Assembly (NCBI GenBank): GCA_038851035.1
Contig: JAWCLH010000013.1
Span: 10,970 to 74,969 of the forward strand
From: Thermoplasmata archaeon
GTDB lineage: Archaea > Thermoplasmatota > DTKX01 > VGTL01
Reading direction: 5' to 3'
DNA: 64,000 nucleotides
Numbering within the stretch: the stretch's first letter is position 1; every line of letters starts with the position of its first letter. Of the stretch, positions 30,001 through 37,644 are shown one piece after another. Both the position numbers and the translations under genes were made by a program. The notes under the pieces were generated by a model. It did not search any database and was not told where the DNA came from. It worked only from the letters and a program-made list of their open reading frames with translations.

Positions 30001-30583
30001 CGAGCGTCTCGTTGGTCAGGGGGGTGTTCAGGTTCTCGTCCACTGGGGCCCCGTGCCTCAAAATCTCTATGTCCCCAGGACCGAGTCCTACGTCTGGCAG
30101 TAGGGCAGATATGGCCCCTCCTTGGAGAATTCTGTCGAATATGATGGCCGGGGCTTTTATATCAACTATCTGGAGCCGGAGGGTGTCGTCAGGATCTGCG
30201 GTGAATGGGTGGGACCAGCTCTCGCCCGTCTCCAATCTGCCGTCGGATGGGTGGCCGTCGCTGACGCTCAGGGAGCTCGAGAGGGTGTCATTGAGGAAAA
30301 TATTGAACCGGGTGCTGGAGTTGTCGAGAGGGTCGCCTCCGAGGTGCTTGACGAGGATCTCAGCGCCGTCGTAGGTTGCCTCGAGCGAGGCCATCGTCTT
30401 TTCCGGCGGCTGCTCCACAGTGCCCATCTGGAGGGCGAGGGCGGATATCATGACCACTGCGATGCTGACGAGGAGGATATCGCCCACTATCTCAGACACA
30501 CCCGCCGCTTCTCGGTTGAGCGCCGGTCTTGCCGAACGTACCGCGCGCAAGTCATCCCCTCCAACCATAGCGCTATCAGTCAT
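24020..30583 (-). CDS. Giant type IV pilin-like adhesin 1 (2187 aa): pilin N-terminus, CARDB repeats, vWA domain, jelly-roll domains
   Basis: REAAG|VSEIVGDILLVSIAVV; VKHLGGD; CARDB (VDPYDYIEEINELNN); vWA IIIDRSGSM...GWTA...FLTDG. Confidence 0.85.
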   Translation of the reverse strand: MTDSAMVGGDDLRAVRSARPALNREAAGVSEIVGDILLVSIAVVMISALALQMGTVEQPPEKTMASLEATYDGAEILVKHLGGDPLDNSSTRFNIFLNDTLSSSLSVSDGHPSDGRLETGESWSHPFTADPDDTLRLQIVDIKAPAIIFDRILQGGAISALLPDVGLGPGDIEILRHGAPVDENLNTPLTNETLVINATIHNYGGSGVPGVRVRMSDYSSLDRLSIDFANITIPWLGAGNSTRVSASYRIQNGSWGMHSLTVKIIPFHNESRFSNNNAVVQYRVGYPVIATSPTRPYLVVKSIEFSDEHPVHGSTVIISSKIVNQGGVPAYATVRFYDGSYSRLIGELTGVGIPVGGETISTAFWKTGSGGLHTIIVNATEPNGTGGEASRELEVMPTILLVDDDRAAEGSVRDVVTPMSAALESVGATYTTHVVAGGDGPRYDSGEHPMRDFDLVIWMTGFEDTTTLTPNDQMELIKYLINGHGKLWLIGQGILSDLGLSNAFLVSILNVDPIATLPSYLDAGTPDPVVGTGILPGASFNISTPYPPGLLNKGDFVEPRPFAASALVEAVAPNRPVGILFNATTNMTPGVETYTSAFFSFELTRMKRPSERSILTYTMLEWFNCSARWGRDLSISEQEFNITTPTFMDQVNITVLVRNNGLSDEPPSFLNPILQLGFYIDGKAFDPARVTVENSTQLWEFDLATSELWIPQNTPHPSLVVPGRGGYLKVSMVWVADQVGLHTVTVKVDPYDYIEEINELNNKVASAVANEVIFVRYGTLLVDDDGSANNGGTLYNATQNVSRAVNALGYDFDVCVVPTGADGPDLNKMSQYNAIIWCAGESPDALTANDRSNLQDFLKKGDGRGLWLIGQKAVLPGDYSSGSDPFCRDFLRVALVSDPASHTPSTIEGVYMDPVTHGISYPAQPTFTDKGGLLVPYIDGHGILFQSPLASASSERNLCDAEDGSTARWFARVVPPGTTASIYNVQDTSRGSRVILLNRTGASVQSTVFIIGDFSATNNQNPNDLFWDERSRLTARWSFSFQVEASFGWHVTDTTNAHRTLFYSTSDANIPGPNPVFGLGSWTMDGSWHSVTRDLTEDLRHGTGNMGLGIKSVDGFEVWIGEGEGRVDGISLCRPFNSVRHDNATHNFRSVWTAWDASFISYDGNDNYLSELTYLVMRWFHFYESRTELRVTSMDLYYSGMVPLREMKPMLGESYVLKAMVWNLGGTRGDAVVRFTDGTTVIDSVTVSVEANGRAMAEIVWRPLFAGSRVIGATVDPDNAVSETMKFNNVAGVGLDCYFFYDDLESGTKNWRHEATVLRINGESALEYLDPGVANTNIIQGWQEMDGWYNTTDNASLPNITSVYRSWPRAFYMHESRQDIRRPVDCTIIIDRSGSMGGQKIQDAKNAAMFFITQLESIDRISVWSFSSGVTMDLGFTFNKSACINTIKELSAGGWTAGWTAMSQGTNYTIQNSRPGAMRAVVFLTDGQFNYDNPPYTRDYTLALIATMHGPLFTIGLGGDVNTANLQDAADASEGGSYYYAPTSDQLLQIYSQIAQVIQQLAQTLGRSTPEGGALERGQVTVFYDSFENATPVWTTVNGGAAGSQWVRHSGIKHNGSFAYRSFNTGTGNYDNNDNNSLISPVFDLSGRQNPRLAFWSCPDLGNNGDWCRVYVSNNGGTSWTQVWSTNKDSNNWQYECYIDLTAGGAVTPTSSMVLRFQFTSDGSSVATGWVVDEVLVTSDVPLAGEGIRYWMNGDETPRDRNLTTKTFSLAGVSSAKLTFWHKYDLKAGANGGVLMVGTAASESGPYTYRYITPTQPYTGNLQIAQWGTPHLKDGFGNDIRWCWNGVSGSGRFTWDYVEADLTPFIGNQFVRIRFAYFYCTGGTGMGWAIDDIEVRVERANAVPVSASVPDQWELVRKGDALGGGGDIADAYSGERAWLCHSPSPGIDYLAAGIDNSLTTIPIDLTNALDARLDARLKFNINSLDGRPPDGLRVEVSSDNGITWRALNRGVRSGWKVSGTEAAGPDGTSATGVDLGGNWVASGTMSRLNCDLSGWAGSVILLRFRVVTRTDIADHYHSALAGFGGVYIDDIKVVGNTTTGGRAAGPVERSVTSACHSGAEAEEEVGAGGKVCYGDEGADSRPVESSGPDPASGEEGAGLRGMMLGPLGLVAVPATPALVRPRGGEME

Positions 30584-30612
30584 CTTTGGGGGAGTATAAC
30601 TACATTGGCCGA

Positions 30613-30638
30613 ATTTATTCTGAATAAATGGTTAAATA
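30613..30638. promoter_or_regulatory. Divergent promoter region with perfect palindrome ATTTATTC-T-GAATAAAT and TATA-like TTAAATA
   Basis: 8-1-8 inverted repeat at 30613-30629 in the 77-bp AT-rich gap between divergent genes; TTAAATA at 30632-30638 lies about 23 bp before GTG 30661. Confidence 0.6.
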
Positions 30639-30660
30639 GCGAGGAAGCGATTAGAGCCCC

Positions 30661-33228
30661 GTGAGCGCGGGGCTTGCGCTTTGGATGCGAATTCTGCTCC
30701 ACCTATCAGCCCACGAAGCGCGTGGTGAGGGATACGAATTGCCCGTCGAGCTCACGCAGCAGGGCATTGCGGAGGCTCTGGCAGTCAGGCAGAGCGACGT
30801 CTCGCGCGCTCTTGCAAGGATGAAGCAAGATGGACAGGTGGAGGAGAGGAGCGCACTGGTTGGGCCTTCACGGAGGGGCCGGAAGCAGAGGCTCAAGGCC
30901 TATCTCCTCACCGAGCGGGGAAGGCACACCTCGAAGGAACTGAGCGCGCGGCTGGCCTCAATGGAGGTGAGAATTCCCCCACGGCCCGGTGAGGCTGAGG
31001 GCAAGTCCGTCAGGCTGGGGGAAGTGAATGCCCTTCTAGGCACGGGCCACTCCCTGCTGAGGCTAGCGGACATGGTCTCGCCTGACGGAACCCTCATCCT
31101 GAGTCCCCCGGCCGCTCGCGCGCCCCCATCCCAGCCATCGGCCCCGGAGCCCCACTTCTTCGGCAGGGAGGAGGAGCTGAGGGCCCTGCGCGAGTGGCTC
31201 GGCTCCGCGGGTGAGACGGCGATGGCCGTTATCGGCATCCCGGGGATGGGAAAGACCGCACTGGCCCTGAGGCTCGCCGCCGAGCTCGGCGCCCAAAGGG
31301 CCTTTTATTTTCAGGTCCGTCCCTATCCATCCTACGGCCAGTTCCTAACAGCCCTCCGGGACTTCCTCGTCTCCTCAGGGAGGAGGAGGCTGGCGCAGCT
31401 CCTCCAGCGCTCCCGCTCGCCCTCTCCGGATGAGGTCCTCGGGGCGCTCTCACGGGACCTGGAGGGCTTGGGCGCCCTAATCATTCTCGACGATTTTCAG
31501 GAGGCGACGGGGCAGCCGGAGCTCTGGACCCTCGCGCAGGAGCTCCCCCGCCTACTCAGCAGCCTGGCCACGCCGTCGAAGCTCCTGCTCCTCTCACAAA
31601 TCTCGCCCGGCCTCTCCCTCATGCCGAGGGACGGCGCCGAGAAGCCCCTGAGGGAGCTCAGGCTCAACGGTCTGGACGAGGAGAGCTCTAGGAGGCTCGC
31701 GAGTTCATCGGGAGTGCCGGAGAGTGAGCTGGACGGGGTCTACAGGCTGACGAGGGGCCACCCGCTCTCGATAAAGTTACTTGGAGGAGCGGGGCCGGTC
31801 CCCCTCAGGAGAACCGACGCCCGTCGCTTCATCCAGGAGGAAGTGATAGGTAGGCTACCGGCGGGTGAGAGAATTCTCCTGCAAACGCTCTCCATACTCA
31901 GGCGGCCCGAGGGTATTGACACGGTGCTCGCCCTGAGCGACGACCCGCTCGCGTTCGATGCTCTCAGCTCCTTGGTCTCCAGAGGGCTAGTCTCGCTCTC
32001 CAGCGGCATGTACTCCGTCCACGAGATGGTCAGGGAGATGGCATACGAGAGAATTCCCCTCCAGACCCGCAAGGAGCTGCATAGGAGGGCGGCGGCTTAC
32101 TACTCCGGAAACGGTGGGGCCGAGGCCGGGCCAGAGGCCGTCTACCACTATTGCAGAGCGGGCGACCACGAGCGCGCCGCCCTCCTCCTTCTCTCGCTTG
32201 GAGGTGAGCTGATATCCGAGGGCCGGCTGGAGGAGTGCCGGGCCCTTTTGGACATGGTTGATGCCGGCGAGCACGGCCAGCAGGAGGGCCTGAGCCGGCT
32301 GAGGGAGAGCCTGCTCGACGAGTACGGGGAGTGGGACGCGGGCCACGAGTATCTCTTCCAGATGTCCATTCTCTCGCGGGCGGCGGGCTGTGGAATTCAG
32401 GCGCCGGGGAGGCTGGTGAGGAGCGAGAGGGAGTGGGCTGCGGCGCTCGAGGACCACGAGCGCGGTCTCGGGGTCCTCCGGAGGGCTGGGGACAAGGACG
32501 GCCAGTGCGAGCTCCTGCTAAGCCTCGGATGGATAAGGATGATGAGGGCTGAGCTCGAGCGCGCGGAGGAGGCCTACAGGACCGTCCTGAGCATGGCCCG
32601 AAGGACCCATTGCAAGGAGGCCGCCCTGAAGGCTAGAATCGGGCTGGGGCACATCGCGTGGCTCACACACAAGAGGAGCGAGGCTGACGCAAGCTACAGG
32701 GCCGCTCTGAGGGCAATGGCGGGCCGGAAGAACGCCGGGTTGCGGGTCGCCTGCCTGAACCACCTCGCCTGTCTGGCGGAGCCGAGGGATGAGAGGGGGC
32801 TCAAGAGAGCTGTTGCACTACTAGAGAGGGCGCTGGCCCTCTGCGGCGCCGGAGGACACCGGCGCGAGAGGGCCTACACCCTCCTCCATCTCGGGAGGCT
32901 CAGGCTGCTCAGGGGGGAGAGGGCTGAGGCGGGCCGCCTTCTTGAATCGGCGCTGGCCGAGTTCCGCGGAATCGGGGACACTCACGGGGTTGTGTATGCG
33001 GAGCTAGCGCTCGCTCTACGTGCGCTCGACGCTGGAGAAACGGCTGTTGCTCGGGAATGGGCCTCGGCGGCGCTACAGGACGCCCCCTCCGCCCGCCTCC
33101 CAGGAGTCCGCGAGTGCGCTGTAAAACTTATCGGCCTCGCGAACCGGGGTGCGGGGGTCGGGGGAGTGGCGCGGGTGACTGGAGAGGGTGAATGTGATGG
33201 GAGCGGTAAGGGAGAGTGCCCTCGTTAA
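30661..33228 (+). CDS. Winged-HTH (MarR-like) / STAND-type P-loop ATPase / TPR protein
   Basis: LTQQGIAEAL...SDVSRAL..M HTH; FFGREEEL, GIPGMGKT (Walker A), LIILDDFQ (Walker B), TRGHPLSI (GxP), VHEMVRE; helical TPR-like C-terminus. Confidence 0.85.
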   Translation: MSAGLALWMRILLHLSAHEARGEGYELPVELTQQGIAEALAVRQSDVSRALARMKQDGQVEERSALVGPSRRGRKQRLKAYLLTERGRHTSKELSARLASMEVRIPPRPGEAEGKSVRLGEVNALLGTGHSLLRLADMVSPDGTLILSPPAARAPPSQPSAPEPHFFGREEELRALREWLGSAGETAMAVIGIPGMGKTALALRLAAELGAQRAFYFQVRPYPSYGQFLTALRDFLVSSGRRRLAQLLQRSRSPSPDEVLGALSRDLEGLGALIILDDFQEATGQPELWTLAQELPRLLSSLATPSKLLLLSQISPGLSLMPRDGAEKPLRELRLNGLDEESSRRLASSSGVPESELDGVYRLTRGHPLSIKLLGGAGPVPLRRTDARRFIQEEVIGRLPAGERILLQTLSILRRPEGIDTVLALSDDPLAFDALSSLVSRGLVSLSSGMYSVHEMVREMAYERIPLQTRKELHRRAAAYYSGNGGAEAGPEAVYHYCRAGDHERAALLLLSLGGELISEGRLEECRALLDMVDAGEHGQQEGLSRLRESLLDEYGEWDAGHEYLFQMSILSRAAGCGIQAPGRLVRSEREWAAALEDHERGLGVLRRAGDKDGQCELLLSLGWIRMMRAELERAEEAYRTVLSMARRTHCKEAALKARIGLGHIAWLTHKRSEADASYRAALRAMAGRKNAGLRVACLNHLACLAEPRDERGLKRAVALLERALALCGAGGHRRERAYTLLHLGRLRLLRGERAEAGRLLESALAEFRGIGDTHGVVYAELALALRALDAGETAVAREWASAALQDAPSARLPGVRECAVKLIGLANRGAGVGGVARVTGEGECDGSGKGECPR

Positions 33229-33739
33229 GAAGGTCTGCGTCCTAGGGGACCCCGCGGTTGGGAAGACCAGCCTCGTCTCCAGATTCGTCACAAGGCAGTT
33301 CGGCGAGGAGTACGTATCGACGATTGGGGCCTCAGTCTGCGAGAAGAGTGTGAGGGTTGGGGATGGTCCTGCGACGCCGGTGGTGAGGCTGGTTCTTTGG
33401 GACATCGCGGGACAGTGCCAGTTCACCAGTGTCACACCCGGCTTTTACAGGGGCGCCGAGGGCGCGCTGCTGGTCTGCGACCTGACCCGGAGGGAGACCC
33501 TACGCAACCTGTTCCAGTGGGACCACAGGTTGCGCCGGACCGCCTCGCCCCGAGCGGTACTCGTTCTTTTCAATAAGAGCGATCTGAGTGCGGAGTGGGA
33601 GGTCTCGAGGGAGGAGGCGGAGGCGGTCGCCGGAAGGCTGAGCTGCCCCCATCTCTTCACCAGCGCCAGAACGGGAGAGAACGTCGAGGAGGCATTCACG
33701 GAGCTCGCGAGGAACCTCGCGCGACACCGAGGCCCTTGA
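33197..33739 (+). CDS. Rab/Ras-like small GTPase
   Basis: G1 GDPAVGKTS, G2 YVSTIG, G3 WDIAGQ, FYRGAEG, G4 NKSD, G5 TSARTGENV; no C-terminal Cys prenylation motif; start overlaps the upstream gene (GTG at 33188 possible). Confidence 0.92.
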   Translation: MGAVRESALVKKVCVLGDPAVGKTSLVSRFVTRQFGEEYVSTIGASVCEKSVRVGDGPATPVVRLVLWDIAGQCQFTSVTPGFYRGAEGALLVCDLTRRETLRNLFQWDHRLRRTASPRAVLVLFNKSDLSAEWEVSREEAEAVAGRLSCPHLFTSARTGENVEEAFTELARNLARHRGP

Positions 33740-33804
33740 CCGACGTCCACTCCGCGGTCGCTCGGGCACCATCGCGGGGTCGTGAAAGGGCTTCCCGCGC
33801 CCTC

Positions 33805-34299
33805 CTACCCATTGCCCACGATCTGGACCAGCATGCTCCTCTTGCGGGGCCTAGTGTCCAGCTCTATGAAGACCACGCTCTGCCACGTCCCGAGGGGAAG
33901 AGACCCCTCGCGCACGGGGAGCGAGACGCTTGGGCCTATCAGGGCGGCCCGCACGTGGGAGTGCCCGTTACCATCCCCCCACTTCAAGTGGTGCCTATAC
34001 TCGATGCCCTTCGGGGCGATTCTCTGGAGGGCCTCCCGAAGGTCTTCTAACGCGCCGGGCTCGAACTCCATCGTCGTTAACGCGCCTGTGGCACCCGGAA
34101 CGAATACCGTGGCGATTCCTTCGTGAATTCCCGAGTCCCTCACCAACCTGTGGAGCTCTTCCGTGATGTTGACGATGTCACCCTCGCCCTCTGTCTGAAT
34201 TCGTATCTCGCCCGAGTGGACCCGAAAAGCCCTCTGGTCCTCGGGACCATTCCGGGAAATCGCCTCGCCCCCCTCGTCCATTTTGCGCTTTCCGGACAT
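33805..34299 (-). CDS. yjbQ: YjbQ/UPF0047 family protein
   Basis: FVPGATGAL, Y.HH..WGDGNGHSH.RA.L.GPS, LGTWQ..VFIELD. Confidence 0.9.
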   Translation of the reverse strand: MSGKRKMDEGGEAISRNGPEDQRAFRVHSGEIRIQTEGEGDIVNITEELHRLVRDSGIHEGIATVFVPGATGALTTMEFEPGALEDLREALQRIAPKGIEYRHHLKWGDGNGHSHVRAALIGPSVSLPVREGSLPLGTWQSVVFIELDTRPRKRSMLVQIVGNG

Positions 34300-34316
34300 C
34301 GGACCACCGGAGCCTC

Positions 34317-35405
34317 TCAGGCCAGGAGGACCTCGCAGAGCGCACGCGCCTGCAGGAGCCCGTACCCGTAGTGGTCGTCGTGGGGAACGGACTGGCCCTC
34401 CGCCGCCAGCGCGGTTTCCATGAGTGCCTCCTTGAATTTAATTATTGTGGTCTCTCCCCCATTCCTCTCCTGCTGGTATTCTGGTCTGGCCTCCAGAACC
34501 AGCGCGAGGGCGGCAGACACGAATGCCGTGGCGTGCGAAGTCCCGCTGGCGAATTGATGGCCCCCGCCCGGGACCGCGCACCAGATGTCGACACCGGGCG
34601 CCACAACCTCGGGCTTCTTATTCGGATCCTGCCGGGGGAGGATGGGAGGGAAAAGGGAGCCCCTGTTCGCTCCCGCAGAGCTGAAGGGCGCGATTTTTCC
34701 GTGCCTGTCCACGGCCCCGACTGCGATCACAAGAGCCACACTGGCTGGACTCGCAACTTCGCCATCGTCTGACTCCCCATCGTTGTCGGCCGCGGCGACG
34801 ACCAGCGTCCCCCAAGACAGTGCTTCCTTCACAGCCCTTTCCGTTTCGGTCCCGAGTAGCGGAATTCTTCCCCCGCCCAGTGACAGCGATATTATGTCTG
34901 CAGCGTCCCTCCTGTCGCCATCGCCGTCCGGGTCTAGGGCGCGGCGCACGGCTTCAGCCACCCTTGCGTCTGTGCTCGTGCCGTCGGAGCGGATGGCTTT
35001 CACAATGTAAAGGCTCGCGTTCGGCGCGCCCCCCCAGACACCGGCGATGATGCCCGCCATCATCGTCCCATGGCCGCCGTCGTCATAGGGCACGGGCTCG
35101 CCGTTGACGAGGTCAAGCCAGCCCAATATGGAAAGGTTCCGGAGGTCCGGGTGGGATAGGTCCACGCCTGTGTCCACGAGCGCTATGACGACGCCCCTGC
35201 CGCTGTAGCCCATTGCCTGAAGCTCGTCAATCTGAACGGCCTCGAGCGCCCAGAGCGAGGGGCCGGGAGGTGGTGTCTCGGCCGGCCTTTTCTTCACGCA
35301 ACCCGAGAGCGGTGGATAGCTCGCGGCCGCGAGTAGGATGAGGCAAAGGATGAGCGCTCCTGACCTTCTGCCGGCGAGCATAGCGACCATATGAATCCCC
35401 ATCAA
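34317..35405 (-). CDS. Subtilisin-like (S8) serine peptidase, probable lipoprotein
   Basis: Triad motifs VDTGVD, GHGT, SGTSHA; KPEVVAPG; YGYG; signal peptide ending in LSGC. Confidence 0.9.
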   Translation of the reverse strand: MMGIHMVAMLAGRRSGALILCLILLAAASYPPLSGCVKKRPAETPPPGPSLWALEAVQIDELQAMGYSGRGVVIALVDTGVDLSHPDLRNLSILGWLDLVNGEPVPYDDGGHGTMMAGIIAGVWGGAPNASLYIVKAIRSDGTSTDARVAEAVRRALDPDGDGDRRDAADIISLSLGGGRIPLLGTETERAVKEALSWGTLVVAAADNDGESDDGEVASPASVALVIAVGAVDRHGKIAPFSSAGANRGSLFPPILPRQDPNKKPEVVAPGVDIWCAVPGGGHQFASGTSHATAFVSAALALVLEARPEYQQERNGGETTIIKFKEALMETALAAEGQSVPHDDHYGYGLLQARALCEVLLA

Positions 35406-35451
35406 TCCCCCTTCTCTTAAAATTTATCTGCGGGAATTCTCATGGCGGGCC

Positions 35452-36714
35452 GTGGCCGGTGAGAGGCAATCCCGGGGAGTGGGGCAGAGGAGCGGAGATG
35501 TCGTGGGGGACGGGAGTACCGGGACAGAATTCTCGCCCGGGCATTCCAGCTCCCTCGTTGTCGGTGGCGGCTCCAGTCCAATTCCGGTCGCCGGGATGCG
35601 CGCTCAAATTCGCGGCCTGCCGCGAGGGAGTCTGAGGAGAGGTCCACTGCCGAGGGGCTGCGTCCTCTGCCAGAAAGGGGCCAAGATGGTGCTCCTTGTG
35701 ACCGGGAAGTGTGGGGCGCACTGCTGGTACTGCCCACTCTCGGCCGAAAAGAGGGGCAGGGACGTCGTATTCGCGGACGAGATGCGCGTCAGGCGCCCCG
35801 CTGATGTACTCCGCGAGGCTAGTATGATCGATGCAGAGGGAACTGGCATCACCGGCGGCGACCCGATGCTAGCACCCCGGAGGACGCTCTCGTTCATACG
35901 CCTTTTAAAGAAGCGCTTTGGAAGGGAGCATCACATCCACCTCTACACCGCCGGTCGCTTCAGCCCCCGCCTGATTCGCTCCCTCGCCCTCGCGGGCCTC
36001 GACGAGCTCCGCATCCACCCTCCTACCCCCCTCTGGAGGAGGTTTGGGAGGAGTCATCAGGCCCTCCTGCTCGGGACAGCAATTCGCGAGGGAATTCAAG
36101 CCGGCGCGGAGGTGCCGGCAATACCCGGGATGGAGGAAGAGCTCCTCGCCCTCGCAAGGTCCCTCGACGCGCTCGGGGCTCGCTTCCTCAACCTTAACGA
36201 ACTCGAGTACAGCGAGACAAACTTCCGTCAGCTGAACAGGAGGGGCTGGACGGTCAGGAGCGACGTGTCCAGCGCGGTGCTCGGGAGCGAGGAGACCGCG
36301 AGGAGGGTGGTTGAGAGGGCGGATGTGGAGATGGCACTCCACTATTGCTCCTCATCGTTCAAGGACGGGGTCCAGCTCAGGAGGAGAATTCTGCGAAGGG
36401 CTAGGAATGTCGCCCGGCCCTACCAGCTCATCACCTCCGAAGGAACCTTGCTGACTGGGATAATCGAGGGCCCGCCATCCATTCTGGCTTGGGTCAGGAG
36501 GGCCGGCGTTCCCACAGAGCTCTCCGCATATAACCGGAGAATGCGGAGGGTCGAGGCGGCGCCTTGGCTGCTCGAAGAGCTTGCGCCGCGGCTGCGCCAA
36601 ACGCTCTTGATGAGGGGCGGGAAGGGGAGGGCCAGGGTCGGGGGACCAAAGCTATTCATCGTGGAGGAGTATCCGACCGCCGATGGACTTGAGGTCGAGA
36701 GGACGCCGCTCTGA
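35452..36714 (+). CDS. Archaeal radical SAM protein
   Basis: CGAHCWYC (CxxxCxxC), GITGGDP, HIHLYT, FLNLNELE; start may be ATG at 35596. Confidence 0.85.
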   Translation: MAGERQSRGVGQRSGDVVGDGSTGTEFSPGHSSSLVVGGGSSPIPVAGMRAQIRGLPRGSLRRGPLPRGCVLCQKGAKMVLLVTGKCGAHCWYCPLSAEKRGRDVVFADEMRVRRPADVLREASMIDAEGTGITGGDPMLAPRRTLSFIRLLKKRFGREHHIHLYTAGRFSPRLIRSLALAGLDELRIHPPTPLWRRFGRSHQALLLGTAIREGIQAGAEVPAIPGMEEELLALARSLDALGARFLNLNELEYSETNFRQLNRRGWTVRSDVSSAVLGSEETARRVVERADVEMALHYCSSSFKDGVQLRRRILRRARNVARPYQLITSEGTLLTGIIEGPPSILAWVRRAGVPTELSAYNRRMRRVEAAPWLLEELAPRLRQTLLMRGGKGRARVGGPKLFIVEEYPTADGLEVERTPL

Positions 36715-36888
36715 GCGCCCGAGCCGGAACCGCGAGCACCGCCGGGAAGGCGACCCAAAATTTCCCCCACAGACCCCCGGAGCAACGCCGCATATATGTC
36801 TCTGGACCCGCGGGCACGGGGGAGCCCCGGCGTGTCATCAACCAGCCGCTATACTCCGGTCGGCGCGGTCCCATGGAGCTCTGCCCAC

Positions 36889-37377
36889 TCAGCCGCTCTC
36901 CCCTCTCCCTTTCTCCCCCCACACGAAGGCCTCGATTTCCGCCACCTCCTTTTTATAGGTCGGGTCCTCAGCCATGAGCTTCTCCATCCAGCTCTCGAAG
37001 AACTGAATCGCCCTCTTCAGCTCGGGCGTGGGGGAGGGCTGGGCCCTCGCCAGCGAGAGCCACAGCCGGGCCAGATGTATCTCCTTCGGGTAGAGCTTGT
37101 AGGTTGTATAGGGGTTCCTCTCAGCGATAACAATGTTCTGCTCCTTCCAGAAGCGCATCTTGTCGAAGGCTATTCCCACGAGCAGAATGACGACCACTAT
37201 CACCAGAAAAAGAAGGAGCATCGGAACGAGCACGTTGGCCGGGTCGATTTTGAATTTGTCCCTGATGTACGGGTAAAAAATGCCCGTCAGCATCAGGCTC
37301 CACATCAGCAAGCCGATGATCGACTGGCTCTGCTGCAGCCTCCACATCAGCTCCATCAACGCTTTTTTCACGGTCAT
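36889..37377 (-). CDS. Hypothetical membrane protein (2 TM)
   Basis: Two hydrophobic helices; codon usage like neighbouring genes. Confidence 0.65.
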   Translation of the reverse strand: MTVKKALMELMWRLQQSQSIIGLLMWSLMLTGIFYPYIRDKFKIDPANVLVPMLLLFLVIVVVILLVGIAFDKMRFWKEQNIVIAERNPYTTYKLYPKEIHLARLWLSLARAQPSPTPELKRAIQFFESWMEKLMAEDPTYKKEVAEIEAFVWGEKGRGESG

Positions 37378-37644
37378 GCGCGCTCACCGCTCCGCCTCTG
37401 GAAGGGCATCGGCACTTTAAAGCATTGCCGCCCCCTCCGGAGCGGACTATACCCCGCCCGCCCTCCCGGGCCCTGCGGCGAATGGTCATCTGCCCGGCCT
37501 CTATTCCCCCACCAACTCCGGTCTACCCAATGTCCCCACAGCCCGTGCGCGTTTCCAGCGTGTCCGGGATGTCTTACGCCACCCGCCCCGGAAGCGCGCG
37601 GCCGTCGGGGCGCGCTGGCCACCAGCGAGATTCCGCGAATGCCC

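Noticed and set aside
10960..30583. Diversity-generating retroelement acting on the adhesins
   Set aside because: No reverse transcriptase and no near-identical TR/VR pair seen in the window; action in trans cannot be excluded
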